In this document: positions 43,804-57,875 of the stretch, piece after piece
Layout of the letters: each line of letters begins with the position of its first letter
How positions within the stretch are numbered: the stretch's first letter is position 1
Assembly: GCA_951406725.2 (NCBI GenBank)
Contig: OX597814.1
Span: 189,286,001-189,350,000 of the forward strand
DNA length: 64,000 nucleotides
Direction: 5' to 3'
Origin: Octopus vulgaris
Lineage: Eukaryota
Made by a program: the position numbers and the translations under genes
The notes under the pieces: generated by a model
Told to the model about the DNA's origin: nothing
The model's database searches: none
The model's input: only the letters and a program-made list of their open reading frames with translations

Positions 43804-44426
43804 TATAGTACTATGAGATCGTCCTGCCCCTTAGAAGCTTCGTATCTAGTTTCAAACATTTTAAGTTACCTGTGTCGATGAATATGGAGGACTGAGAGAT
43901 ATTCGTATATTCCACATGAACACAAAGTTATAACGTGTCCATGTAGGTTTCTTCTTACTTCAAGTAAAGTATAGTTCATGCTGTTTTATTTTAGCAGCGA
44001 AATGCAATCGCTCTTCCCACATTCTGTCTTTTTGCAAACAGACCTCTCTGCCTGTAGGTGCTGTATTAACATACCAACTATAAATCTTTGAAAACTCACC
44101 TGACCATCCGACACTTGACATTCTAAGTTTCGTACCCAATATCCAAACTCTTATACAGAAAGATAAATTAAAAAATAAACTCTTTTTGGAAATGTCTACA
44201 AAATTATCAGGCAAGCTTTACAACTTTCTTCACAATGGATTACTATTTAATCCACAATTCATATTCAAATTTTCTTCTCTTCCTTCTCATTATTTTAAAA
44301 CTCTATATCTGATTGTAGCTCCTCAAACAAAATTGCACCAATAAGTCATGACTAAGATTATATGGCCCTAGATACGCTACCTCGACTATAATACATAATG
44401 CTTTAGATATACATATTCTCTATTAA

Positions 44427-44808
44427 TCTTTTACTTGTTTCAGTCATTTAACTGTGGCCATGCTGGAGCACCGCCTTTAGTCGAGCAAATTGACCCCAGG
44501 ACTTATTCTTTGTAAGCTTAGTACTTATCCTACCGGTCTCTTTTGCCGAACCGCTAAGTTACGGGGACGTGAACTCACCAGCATCGGTTGTCAAGTGATG
44601 TTGGGAAGACAAACACAGACACACAAACATAAACACACACACATGCATATATATATATATACATATATACGACGGGCTTCTTTCAGTTTCCGTCTACCAA
44701 ATCCACTCAGAATTCTTTAGTCGGCACGAGACAAATAGTAGAAGACACTTGCCCAAGGTGACACGCATGTGGTTCGTAAGCAAGCTACTTACCACACAGC
44801 CACTCCTA
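44427..44808 (-). mobile_element. SINE family 3
   Basis: Reverse complement of 43245-43803 with a short microsatellite and a head deletion. Confidence 0.85.
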
Positions 44809-44881
<73 letters not shown>

Positions 44882-45031
44882 ATTACATGTACTATATGTA
44901 ACTATATATTTATATATATATATATATATATATTGATAAAACGGTAAGATAACAAAAGAAAGAAAGAGACCTCAATATTATGTAAATAGAGGAAATTTAT
45001 CTATACAATATGTTACATTACTCGGTAGTCA

Positions 45032-45094
45032 AGATAAAACTCTGAGTTTCAGATGCCGAAGTGGAAATCCACAACACCATCTCTTCGGTTATCT
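45032..45094 (-). ncRNA. Type I hammerhead in PLE 3' UTR (left arm)
   Basis: Mirror image of 47504-47566. Confidence 0.7.
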
Positions 45095-45289
45095 GGCTAT
45101 TTGAAAACGTTATGAAAAAATACCGTTAAAAATGAAGGGAAATTACTCTGTTATAACTCTGCTTTGCCTGCGTACTTATACATCGCTCGCATTTTTCGTC
45201 ATAAAAATTATATAAAAATACATAAAAATATATAAAAATATATAAAAAATATATAAAATCTTCTTGGGACATAACACAGAAAGCATGTT

Positions 45290-46356
45290 CTATCCGTTTT
45301 CTTTAGGGGACCAAAAACGTAACAGAAATTTAGTCACATGTGGGCATGATCCGAAAAGTTCTGTCCTTGTATTTAGACATGTGGTAGGGTCTAAGCTGCT
45401 TTTCCAGATAAGCCATCTCTCCATGTCGCATAAACCGCACCTTCCGCTGCCGTTAGTGTAGGGCTTACATCTGGCCAAAATCTTCCATTGTATGTTATAA
45501 TCGACACCTTTATCTCTTAAAGACCAAATATGATTGGATAATTGTGTCGCTTTTCTTTTGTTCCAGTGCCTAAAGCTCAAAGTGTGGTTATTGAACCTGG
45601 CCTTGAAATTACCCTCTGTCAGGCCCACGTATTTCTTCGTCGAAACGGTGTCTTTAGTGGTTATAGAGTTTACGGTAGCTTCATATATGATGGTCTTGGA
45701 CATGCAAGCTCCATTTAGCGGGCACAATTCTTTATTCCTGCATGAACAGCTGTTTTCCTCTTGTGTTTTTTGTATGTTATGATTGATTATGTTTTTAAAA
45801 TTGGTAGTTGAACTAAAACTAATTTTTAAATTGTCTATTGAAGAGTTTCCTATAAGCATGGTTAACTGGAAAATGTCTATCTATCAGTGCTAGGAAATAT
45901 TTACCTATATTGAAGGCCACCTCGGGTGAGTAAGGGGGCGTAAACCAGATGACCTTCCTATTTCTATTATTCCTTTTCCTTACTGTTGGGCTGGTGATAG
46001 GTGTATATTTTATTTTTCGCTAAAACCACTATCTTTTAAAGCTTTATTATAAACTGGGGCAACGCTATTGAAGATGTCCTCATTAGATGAGAGGCTAGAA
46101 ATCCTCTTACTAATATTTTTAACTAAATTTTTGAATACTATAGGGGGATGGCATGAACCTACATTAATATAACTTAGTCTATCATTGGGCTTCCTATAAG
46201 GCTTATAAATATTATTATTAAGATCTAAGGAAACGTCTAAGAAATTGACAACCGTCAGGTTAGTGTCTATAGTTATACTAAGTCCGAAGTGTTTCATTAA
46301 CTGGATAATATCCTTCCTAAAACGATCTTGTGCTGGTCCATTTGTATTAGCTGTTA
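45290..46356 (-). pseudogene. PLE RT C-terminus/thumb plus GIY-YIG endonuclease, 5'-truncated, two frameshifts
   Basis: LTANTNGPAQDRFRKDIIQLMKHFGLSITIDTNLTVVNFLDVSLDL..YKPYRKPND..YINVGSCHPP. 1-bp deletion near 46013, 2-bp deletion near 45832. Confidence 0.9.
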
Positions 46357-47308
46357 AGACGTTTCCTTAGATCTTAATAATAATATTTATAAGCCTTATA
46401 GGAAGCCCAATGATAGACTAAGTTATATTAATGTAGGTTCATGCCATCCCCCTATAGTATTCAAAAATTTAGTTTAAAATATTAGTAAGAGGATTTCTAG
46501 CCTCTCATCTAATGAGGACATCTTCAATAGCGTTGCCCCAGTTTATAATAAAGCTTTAAAAGATAGTGGTTTTAGCGAAAAAATAAAATATACACCTATC
46601 ACCAGCCCAACAGTAAGGAAAAGGAATAATAGAAATAGGAAGGTCATCTGGTTTACGCCCCCTTACTCACCCGAGGTGGCCTTCAATATAGGTAAATATT
46701 TCCTAGCACTGATAGATAGACATTTTCCAGTTAACCATGCTTATAGGAAACTCTTCAATAGACACAATTTAAAAATTAGTTTTAGTTCAACTACCAATTT
46801 TAAAAACATAATCAATCATAACATACAAAAAACACAAGAAGAAAACAGCTGTTCATGCAGGAATAAAGAATTGTGCCCGCTAAATGGAGCTTGCATGTCC
46901 AAGACCATCATATATGAAGCTACCGTAAACTCTATAACCACTAAAGACACCGTTTCGACGAAGAAATACGTGGGCCTGACAGAGGGTAATTTCAAGGCTA
47001 GGTTCAATAACCACACTTTGAGCTTTAGGCACTGGAACAAAAGAAAAGCGACACAATTATCCAATAATATTTGGTCTTTAAGAGATAAAGGTGTCGATTA
47101 TAACATACAATGGAAGATTTTGGCCAGATGTAAGCCCTACACTAACGGCAGCGGAAGGTGCGGTTTATGCGACATGGAGAGATGGCTTATCTGGAAAAGC
47201 AGCTTAGACCCTACCACATGTCTAAATACAAGGACAGAGCTTTTCGGATCATGCCCACATGTGACTAAATTTCTGTTACGTTTTTGGTCCCCTAAAGAAA
47301 ACGGATAG
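46357..47308 (+). pseudogene. PLE RT C-terminus plus GIY-YIG endonuclease, 5'-truncated, one premature stop
   Basis: VIWFTPPYS, linker CSCRNKELCPLNGAC, IIYEATV..KYVGLTEGNFKARFNNH, CGLCDMER, LNTRTEL..CPH. TAA at 46475-46477. Confidence 0.9.
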
Positions 47309-47503
47309 AACATGCTTTCTGTGTTATGTCCCAAGAAGATTTTATATATTTTTTATATATTTTTATATATTTTTATGTATTTTTATATAATTTTTATGAC
47401 GAAAAATGCGAGCGATGTATAAGTACGCAGGCAAAGCAGAGTTATAACAGAGTAATTTCCCTTCATTTTTAACGGTATTTTTTCATAACGTTTTCAAATA
47501 GCC

Positions 47504-47566
47504 AGATAACCGAAGAGATGGTGTTGTGGATTTCCACTTCGGCATCTGAAACTCAGAGTTTTATCT
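47504..47566 (+). ncRNA. Type I hammerhead in PLE 3' UTR (right arm)
   Basis: agataa CCGAAGA GATG..gtgga ttt ccac..CATC t GAAA CTCAGAG TT ttatct. Stem I agataa/ttatct, stem III ACTC-A-GAGT, GUU site after 47560. Confidence 0.7.
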
Positions 47567-47588
47567 TGACTACCGAGTAATGTAACAT

Positions 47589-47647
<59 letters not shown>

Positions 47648-48271
47648 CAGAATGATAACCAAACAGGAGAACAGATGTCACTGAGACGGAAACTACAGAA
47701 AGATCTCAATATCTCAATGATGATTCCAGAATTTTTGCATATATTAAGCATATGGTAATGGAAGCAGATCCGAAGGGAGGGAAAACGTTACGCTAGTCAG
47801 AAGATGAAATGAAAATGCACTCAGGGTCGTGCACAAAATGAAGAATAAAGGAAAAGTGCAAGAACACTCCTTTGAAAATATTTAAAAAAAAAAAAGATTA
47901 AAACGTGTTTCTTATTTTAATATTCCGATGCAAGTGAATAAATTCTGAAAACATAAAACCGCGTACGATTCATATATTTCTCTCATTACTTGTATTGATT
48001 TTTATACGCCTCTGTAATGAATTTGAGAAAATTAGAATTTTAGTATGCTTCAAAGACTGGACATTCATCAGTCATGTCACATACATTCGAATAATGTTTC
48101 TTTCAAAACGCCGAGTTGATCTTTCAGCATTCACTACCGTTCATGTACTATCCCCGAGTGTGTGAGCGTGTCAGTATATATGCATACACACACATAGTGT
48201 ATGTATATATACATATATGTGTGCGTGTGTGTGTTGGTGTCCTTGGCTATATATATATATATATATATATA

Positions 48272-48690
48272 TAATACAAAATGGGACAAGAACGCAAAAC
48301 ACCCGGACAATTAAGTGATACAAAAAGGGACAACTAAATATCAAGATAGAAAAAAACAAGGACGGGTCATTCGAAGCTTTCTATCCTCAGTCAAGAACCA
48401 GATCATCCTCGAATTTCGGCTGATTAATCTTGAGATTGCTGCAATCTGGCCAAGGAAAAACTAAGCTAGGAGCATTAGATTCCTTGGAAGAAAGCAACGA
48501 ATGTATACGAAAACAAGGGTGGAAAAACAGTCATTGTTACACAAATATAAATACAATATAAATGCAATAAAAATAATAATAACAGGACATAACAACAGGT
48601 GTCTTTCGACTGGGGACGAATTGAATTCAGCTGGCGTGTGTGGAAATGAAGCCTTACGCCAGAGATACAAGAATTTCACAAACACAGAGT
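48272..48690 (-). mobile_element. Family D element, longest copy, probable PLE 3' end in (TA)n
   Basis: Contains both the arm and spacer sequences of 20800-21008 and 27957-28345. Flanked by (TA)n. Confidence 0.6.
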
Positions 48691-49019
48691 ATATATATAT
48701 ATATATATGAGGAGGAGACCCCCTTCGGTCATGAATGACCATGGGATTGCACCTAGAAAGTTACCCTCCGAGACACAAGTCCGGGCAAGGTTGTTTATGG
48801 AAGACCAGCATTTGCCCATGCATGCCAGCCTCCCCTCTCCACACCTGTGATATTATCCAAAGGAAAGGCAAAGGCCGATACATCTAACATTAATCCTAAC
48901 AGGAGCAATGAGAAATAAAGTGTCTTGCTAAAGAACAAAACACAAAGTCCGGTCTGGGAATCGAACTCACCGCCTCACGATTAAAAACTAGACGTTCTAA
49001 CCACTGAGCCATGCGCCTT

Positions 49020-49398
<379 letters not shown>

Positions 49399-50297
49399 CA
49401 AATTTATAGAAAAAAGACGAGGTGAGGGAACAACAAGCTGTGTTTGACGCTCGGGAAGAATGCAAAGGTCTTTGACCTTTTGAGCCTAAGCTCTTCGAGA
49501 AATGGGCTTACAGGGAAAAAAATGAAGAGAAAACGAAAAATAAAAACGGAGAGAAGGAAATACGTAGGGATAAGCATTCAACATGATGATAATATATATA
49601 TATATATATATATAGTAAAGAGGTTTGCAATAATATATAACTGAGATTTTAAGTGTATATAAATTGGCATCTGTAGACACGTGTGTATGTGTAAATATGC
49701 ATCATTTATATCTATAAGTTCTTAACTACTTCTATCGTAATTGTGTACTCACACACTTGCTCACATCTAAGCATGCTCGAGCAAGAATATGTATATGTAT
49801 GTGTATATGTAAGTATGTGTGTTGTAAATCGTACACAAGATAAGAAATAAGAACCTGCATTAAAACGGCAGAAATATACACATAGATAAATAAACATGCT
49901 GAAAGGCATGCATATAGTTATATATATATATATATATATATTATATCTTTTTCTCATGACTCGTGATTACTAAATCACTTCAAAGAGAAGACCAAAATCA
50001 GCAAACCTTAACTTGTTTGAATTTTCTCTCATATATTATGGTATTACTTATCACAGATCCACCCTTTGATAGAAAGCCTTAAGTTTCCAAGGCCAATTGT
50101 ATTTGAAGCTATTTCCAGCTGCTCTTGCATTCGCCTCTACTACGATTCTAGACGTAAAATGTATTTCTTTCATCTCGATTTATTATGTGTGTATGTGTCT
50201 ACATATATACATATATATATACATATATACATACATATACATACATATATACATACATATAAAATACATATATACATACATATACATACACACACAT

Positions 50298-50363
<66 letters not shown>

Positions 50364-50364
50364 T

Positions 50365-50665
50365 AGAGGCGCAATGGCCCAGTTGTTAGGGCAGCGGACT
50401 CGCGGTCGTAGGATCGCGGTTTCATTTCCCAGACCGGGCGTTGTGAGTGTTTATTAAGCGAAAACACCTAAAGCTCCACGAGGCTCCGGCAAGGAGTGGT
50501 GGCGGTCCCTACTTTACTCTTTCGCCACAACTTTCTCTCACTCTTTCTTCTGTTGGCCTGCTCGCTTAGCCAGCGGGGTGGCGTCATTTGAAGGCTAAAA
50601 CAATGCGAAGCGCATTGTGACCAGCAATGTGTAGCAACATCTGATATTCTGATCGGTCACGTGAT
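50365..50665 (+). mobile_element. SINE family 2, full length
   Basis: Reverse complement of 63065-63375. Confidence 0.85.
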
Positions 50666-51000
50666 ATATATATATATATATAGAAGGCGCATTGTTCAGT
50701 GGTGAGAGCGTCGAGCTTACGATCGTGAGGTTGTGAGTTCGAATCGGTATGTATGTATGTATTTGTATGTCTATGTTTGTCCCGTTGGTGTGTCTACGTC
50801 CCCCTAACTTAACGGTTCAGCAAAATGAGACTGATAGAATAAATAAGTCATGGGGCCGATTTATTCGACTAAAGGCGGTTTTCCAGCATGGCCGCAGTCA
50901 AATGACTGAAACAAGTAAAATAATAAAAGAATGCACACACACACACACACATATATTCGAAATGTTAGACTTTTTCAATTCCCGAGCGTTATACTAATAC

Positions 51001-51036
<36 letters not shown>

Positions 51037-51040
<4 letters not shown>

Positions 51041-51230
51041 ATCCAAACATGAAAACTCAACAACGTGAGGACGTGGAACAAGTATAGTGTTATTGAACGC
51101 TCAGGAATGAAGGAAAGAAGGAAGGTTTAACGTTTCGAGTGGAGCTCTTCGTCAGAAACATAGGAAAAGGAAAGATCCAAAGAAGGGAAGACGGAGGGAA
51201 AAAATCACCAACGGTACACACGCGGTCACA
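51037..51230 (-). mobile_element. Family A HHR-bearing unit
   Basis: Homologous to 6356-6558. Its 3' end abuts (TA)n. Confidence 0.75.
51125..51159 (-). ncRNA. Minimal type I hammerhead, canonical core
   Basis: gttt CTGACGA AGAG ctcca CTC GAAACGTT aaac. Stem I gttt/aaac, palindromic stem III ACGT, GUU site. Confidence 0.75.
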
Positions 51231-51616
51231 TCTTTATATATAAAAGTAAGGTTGTGTGTCTGTCTACTCCGATTTAGATTCCTAACTACTCCCACATTTT
51301 GCGGTGCAGTTTAACCAAAACCGGGTATCTTATAGTCGTGATTCATATCGAGCCCTTCTGGGTATTAACGCGCGTCTACGATGAGTCTACGATTTAAAAA
51401 ATAATTTACCATCATTTTTTCCATTTTAATGCATATTTTTTTTAAATATAAGGGAAGTAACTCTCTAAAAATGTCTACGATGAGTCAACGATTTAAAAAA
51501 ATTTACCATCATATTTTTTCCATTTTTAATGCATATTTTTTGCTATTTTTTTTTGCTAAAAATGTTTTATAGTTATTTCCCTTACAAACCCGAGCAACGC
51601 CGGGCGATACTGCTAG
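51231..51616 (+). mobile_element. Non-autonomous Helitron
   Basis: A|TC start, hairpin cccgagcaacgccggg, CTAG|T end. Internal ~70-100 bp duplication. Confidence 0.85.
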
Positions 51617-52182
51617 TTTATATAAATAAGTTTCATTGTCTGCAGCGCGTCGAAGATACAATTTGTAATGTTCATGTGTTTCGCACATATGTCAACGAAC
51701 TAATGCCTTACGATTCAGAATCCAACGTTGGTTATATAAAAATTATTCAGGGACAAGCTTTTTAGGTATATTTCAGTACTCCTTTATGCGTTATAGTCAT
51801 AGAGATGAAGATATGACTAAAGCCATTCGGCGATGAAATATGATACTGGAAAATATATAATTTGCTCATGTAAAATTCTTAGAAGTTTGCGTTAATTCTA
51901 TAAAACCCTGTTGATGGAGCTGCAGACGGATATGCGCACGCATAATTACAGAATTTGCAAAAACGCATATATGTGTATGTGTGTGTGTGTGTCTGTATGT
52001 CAGTGAGAGCGAGCGCATGTGTGTACAATCAGCAACAATGCGCTTATCTTCCTTGTCATCATGATCATCACCACCATCACAATCATCATCATCATCATCA
52101 TCAACATCCTCAGCAGTATCAACTTGCTTTTATATCACTAATTTGTGTTCTGTCTTAGGGCTGATGTCTATTAAGTACGATC

Positions 52183-52184
<2 letters not shown>

Positions 52185-52228
<44 letters not shown>

Positions 52229-52248
52229 TACATATATATTTTTATATA

Positions 52249-52279
<31 letters not shown>

Positions 52280-52303
52280 ATATATACATATATATATGCA
52301 TAC

Positions 52304-52334
<31 letters not shown>

Positions 52335-52346
52335 CATATGTATATA

Positions 52347-52378
<32 letters not shown>

Positions 52379-52451
52379 CATATGTATATATATATACATA
52401 TATATACATATATATACATATATATATACATATATATACATATATATATAC

Positions 52452-52502
<51 letters not shown>

Positions 52503-52609
52503 CATATGTATATATATATACATATATATACATATATATATATACATATATATATACATATATATATACATATATATATACATATATATATACATATATA
52601 TATATATAC

Positions 52610-52658
<49 letters not shown>

Positions 52659-52665
52659 TATATAG
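52185..52665. repeat. Interrupted (TA)n microsatellite
   Basis: Direct reading. Confidence 0.95.
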
Positions 52666-52899
52666 AGAGAGAGAGATACATGCACATATATATAAATACA
52701 TATTTATATAAATATATGCACAAACACACACGTGCATATGTGTGTGGGGTGTGGCGTGCTGATGTAAATGTTAAGAACCTAATTAGTTATTCTTCGTGTA
52801 ATGTGGAACATAACCCATAATTGTAACGAAAACAGAAAATTACCACGTGCACTTCACCCACACAAGTGTCTGTGTATGTGTACTTATATATATATACTC

Positions 52900-53138
52900 T
52901 TTTCCTCTTTAATCTTTTACTTGTTTCAGTCATTTGACTATGGCCATGCTGGGGCACCGCTTTTAGTCGAGAGCAAATCGACCCCTGGACTTATTCTTTG
53001 TAAGCCTAATACTTATTCTATCGGACTCTTATGCCAAACCGCTAAGTTACGGCGACGTAAACACACCACATCGGTTGTCAAGCGATGTTGGGGGGGGGCA
53101 ACACAGACACACAAACACACACATACATACAAGTACAA

Positions 53139-53172
<34 letters not shown>

Positions 53173-53362
53173 GCAGAGAGAGAGATTTGGTGAGTAAGAG
53201 AGAAAGAGAGAGTAGAGACTGTTATATTGCTTCCAAGCAACATGACCCCAGTTTCAGTCCCACTGCGTAGCACCTTGGGACAGTAACTTTTAGTAAAGCC
53301 TAGTGCCAACTGAAGACTTGTGAGTGGTTTTGGTAGGCGAAACTTGAAGAAGCCCGTCGCAT
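52900..53362. mobile_element. SINE family 3 pieces: 3' half on minus (52900-53125), 5' half on plus (53225-53362)
   Basis: Similarity to 43245-43803. Confidence 0.7.
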
Positions 53363-53550
53363 ATGTATATATATATACAATTATATATAATTATATTAAT
53401 CTGTCCATCTGTTCTAATTTAATTAAATTCTGTGTCTTTGCGCAACTAAAGATTGCTCTGCATTTGAAATTGATGTAATGATTGCATTGTTCAGTTAAAT
53501 GGAGTTGCATGAAACGATTGTACTGCATTACCACTGGATATCCTTGTTGC

Positions 53551-53592
<42 letters not shown>

Positions 53593-54394
53593 ATGTTTTT
53601 GTGTATGTGTGCATGAGTGTGTGTCTATCTGTCATTGTATCCCATCATCTCTTCAGAAACTGTGTTGCTGTATTTACGTCTCCGTGACGTAGCAGTTTTG
53701 CAAGAAAAACCGATAAAGTAAGAACCAGGCTTTGAAATAGTTCAGTACTGAAGCCGACAATTCCGACTAAAATTCCTGAAGGTGATGCTCCAGCATGTCT
53801 ACAGACTAATGCCTGAAAGAAGTAAACGATCATATATATATATATATATATATACACATCATCTTACATATGGATATCCATGTATAGTGTGCATAGAACG
53901 TTGTTTAAATGCCTGCTGAAAAGACAATAGATTCTGAACAAAAGAGCGCAGGTTGATCTAATGTGAACGTATATTTGAAATGAAATACTTTTATCGTCAT
54001 CAGTGTCGTTGGTTTGAAGTCGAATTACGAAAGGAACAGATTGCAGTAAGCCGATTTGCTAGGCGTCATCCGGCGAACTTAGCAGACATCTGGAAAGAAT
54101 ACAATCGGCAGGGGTTTTCGCTATCTAAAATATAACGTCTAAAGAACGCATATTCTTTAACATGTGTAATGGAAATGATTCGTCAGTTTAGTGGTTTTTC
54201 GTGAGTAGCAGTGGGGGTTTATAATTTACAGTCTACAATTATGAAATGGTGCTGGAAAATGCATTGAAAATTGTAGATAAGTAAGTTCCCCATCGAAAGA
54301 TGTGAATTAAATTAAGCCGTATGACTGTATGTAATTATAGAATTGTTATGTCATCAAAATAATAATAATAATAATAATAGTAATAATAATAATA

Positions 54395-54425
<31 letters not shown>

Positions 54426-54629
54426 TGATAATAAGTGAATGACCTTGGAAGTGTTAAAAAAGATTCAGCAGAAATGCAAACTGCTTTCTGAACGACATGT
54501 ACCTGACATGAGTCGAGAAAATGGAGGTAAGATGCGGTGTGGAGGTTATTTGGCCCTTAAAATGAGAAACAACTAAAATCTTATTTCATTGAACCCTGCT
54601 ACATACATGAATATGGAGATAGACAGATA

Positions 54630-55025
54630 GATACATACATACACACACACACATACATACATACATACATACACACATACACACGTACATACATACGTAC
54701 ATACATACGTACATACATACATACGTACATACATACATACATACGTACATACGTACATACATACATACATACATACATACATACATACATACATACACAC
54801 GTATATACGTACATACATACGTACATACATACATACGTACATACATACATACATACGTACATACGTACATACATACATACATACACACGTATATACGTAC
54901 ATACATACGTACATACATACATACGTACATACATACGTACATTCATACATACATACGTACATATATACATAAATACATACATAGATACATATATATATAA
55001 ATATATACATACATAGATACATATA

Positions 55026-55082
<57 letters not shown>

Positions 55083-55100
55083 GTGTGTGTGTGTGTGTGC
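54630..55100. repeat. (TACA)n/(TACG)n compound microsatellite
   Basis: Direct reading. Confidence 0.95.
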
Positions 55101-55546
55101 ATGCATATACACATACATAAGTACATAAATATCTATAAATGTTGTTTGTGCGTGTGTGTGTGTATTATATATATATATATACGAGTATATATATATATAT
55201 CGTTGCTATTATGTTAAACTGTTCTGTAACTAAATTTGGCCAAATACGGTTTTTTCCAATATTTAATTTTGCTTGCAATAACCGGTTCTTTTAGTGAAAC
55301 TATTGTATCTCCAGCTGCTTCAGATGCCGAGATAGGAAAATTATTCAAAACTGTAGTAAGTTTTCTGATTGAAAATATACATACATACATGCACCCAACA
55401 AGGTATTATTGTTAAGCTGAAACTGTTTCTACTATAAAAAGAAATGGAATGGTAAAACTATTTTTTCATTTTCTGAAAAAGCATCGTTTTGGACTTACGA
55501 CACTTTTGCATAGTAGCAACGATATACATATATCTATATTTATATT

Positions 55547-55731
55547 TCTTTTACTTGCTTCAGTCAAATGACTGCCGCCATGCTGGACCCCCATAACTTA
55601 GCGGTTCAACAAAATAGACCGATAGAATACGTACTAGGCTTACAAAGAATAAGTCCTGGGGTCGATTTGCTCGACTAAAGGCGGTGCTCCAGCATGGCCA
55701 CAGTAAAATGACTGAAACAAGTAAAAGAGTA
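55547..55731. mobile_element. SINE family 3 3' end with inverted duplicate of its own tail
   Basis: 55548-55588 is approximately the reverse complement of 55688-55728. Confidence 0.7.
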
Positions 55732-56077
55732 ACATTATTTGATTGGCTGGCAAAGTTGACCTCGGTGGAATTTGAACTCGAAATGTAAAAGTTCAAATTC
55801 TGCTGCGCTCAGCTTTACTTTTCATCCTTCCAAGGACGATAAAATTACGAATTTTCCATTTCCATTTTTTTAAAATTTTATTTTATTTTATTTATTTATT
55901 TATTTATTTGTTTTAGGCTTCACTGATCTGTGCCTCTCTTTGCACTTTTTCTGCTTTCTGCTAATGACAGCATCACACTTTATTGATCTTGGTTCGGGTT
56001 GATCGCGTGCCACGTTCACAAAGGAAAAGAACGAAAGAAGGAAAGAAAGAGAGAAAGAAAGAAAGAGGTGAATAGAG

Positions 56078-56127
<50 letters not shown>

Positions 56128-56637
56128 TAAAAAGAAAATCAGGTCCATTATTTCACTCTCATTAAAGCACACACTAACGCAAACGCACACACACACAGAG
56201 TCACATGAACACGCGCACATAATCAAGAAGAAATATCTGTTTGCATTTCCGCGTTTATGTATATTGTCAAGACGATAGTGGACCACTCTTAGTATTTTTT
56301 TTTCTGTCTCCATTCCTCTATAATACATTTCTCTTACCTTTTCTGTCTTTCTTCCTTTATGCCTTCCTCACTCTCTTCTCTATTACAATTTTTTCCATTC
56401 ATTTTCTCATCGCATCCTCTCTGATCGAACCCAGACTTTGCATTGTGTGTGTGTCCTTGTGTGCACTTCGTAGCCTTCCTTCTTTGGGATTTTCTGCAAC
56501 TGACCCTAGTGTAAAGTCGGTTTGTAAATTTACGTTTCCTTGTTTGATTTTGTTTTCGTTTCTCGTGTTCTAGGTTTATTTGTGGTGTCCTGTACTCATA
56601 TATATATGCTTGTATATATATATATATATATATATAT

Positions 56638-56716
<79 letters not shown>

Positions 56717-57525
56717 TTGTATATATACATGTAGATGTAAGTATGTACATATATGTATGTATATATGCATATATTTTATTTATTTATTATATTGTTATTA
56801 TATATATATATATATATATATATACTGGCGGTGCTCTAGCATAGCCTCACCCTTTGGATTGAAACGCGTAAAACAATAGAAGAATATATATTTACATATG
56901 CAAATTATATATAAATATATATGTCTTTCATTTCTACTGATTAACATTAACCGTAACCTAGCGAGCGGTTCAGCAAACTTCTCCGAGAGGAGTACCAGAC
57001 GTAAAAAAGGCGGTGCACCAGCATGGCCGAAACATGTCTTGCAAACAACTTGCACATGCAAGTTGCTTGCAAGATAAAAGATATATTCAAGAAAGACTAA
57101 TCATGAGAAATAAATCAAATATTTTTAACATTCATAGGAAGAACTTTCAAACAATTAAAACAAGAATGCAAAGTGTTTAAACGATTCTTTACTGTAATAT
57201 TGGAAGGATTATTGTTTGTATTATATAAATAATTGTCTTATTTTGATAATTGGGATTTTGATAGATTACTATAATCTTTTAGATAACGGTTTTGTTCATT
57301 ATCGAGACAATTGATCCTCCTAAGTGGACAGGTGAGACCTTTTCCATGATAATTGTGAATTTTTATGTACAAATTAGTAATCATTAGTTAAATATCTGTA
57401 ATCCTGGAAGAGATAATTGATTTCGGTGTTTGAAGTGTTTAGTAACTGTGATAAATAATTGGGAAAATGTAGTTATAATACATAGATAATTGGTCCGTAA
57501 TTTCAGGCCATGCAAGTCGAAGTTG

Positions 57526-57561
<36 letters not shown>

Positions 57562-57875
57562 CTAGGTAGATTTTATGGACAGACAGATTCTAAACAAAAA
57601 AATTAATTAATTAATTAATTAAATAAATTAAATAATAATTTTTTTTTTAATCGAAAGGAAATGTATAAAGCTGTGACAGAAATAAGTTGAAAGAAAAGAA
57701 AAAGCTTACTGAATGATTTTTTTTGTTTTGTTTTTTTCGTAGCATATTTCTAAAGTATCACCTGACTACCAGTCTATGGAATACCTAATTGTATCTACAG
57801 CTATTGGAAAATATTGTAAAAATTTGTATCTACAGCTAAAGGAAATAAAAGGTCAATAAATACTTGCCATTACAT

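Larger units (their letters stand above)
44932..47596. mobile_element. Penelope-like retroelement (Naiad-type), fold-back inverted structure in (TA)n
   Basis: Arms 45002-46238 and 46357-47596 are ~99% reverse-complement identical. The 118-bp spacer continues the minus copy's RT. (TA)n on both sides. Confidence 0.93.

Noticed and set aside
45534-45782. 82-aa and 65-aa ORFs duplicated on opposite strands
   Set aside because: Antisense shadows of the GIY-YIG frame, duplicated by the inverted repeat.
46845-47450. Selenoprotein or SECIS in the Naiad-like PLE (reported for some Naiads)
   Set aside because: All conserved Cys codons are TGT or TGC with no in-frame TGA, and the ATGA at ~47396 does not give a convincing SECIS stem.
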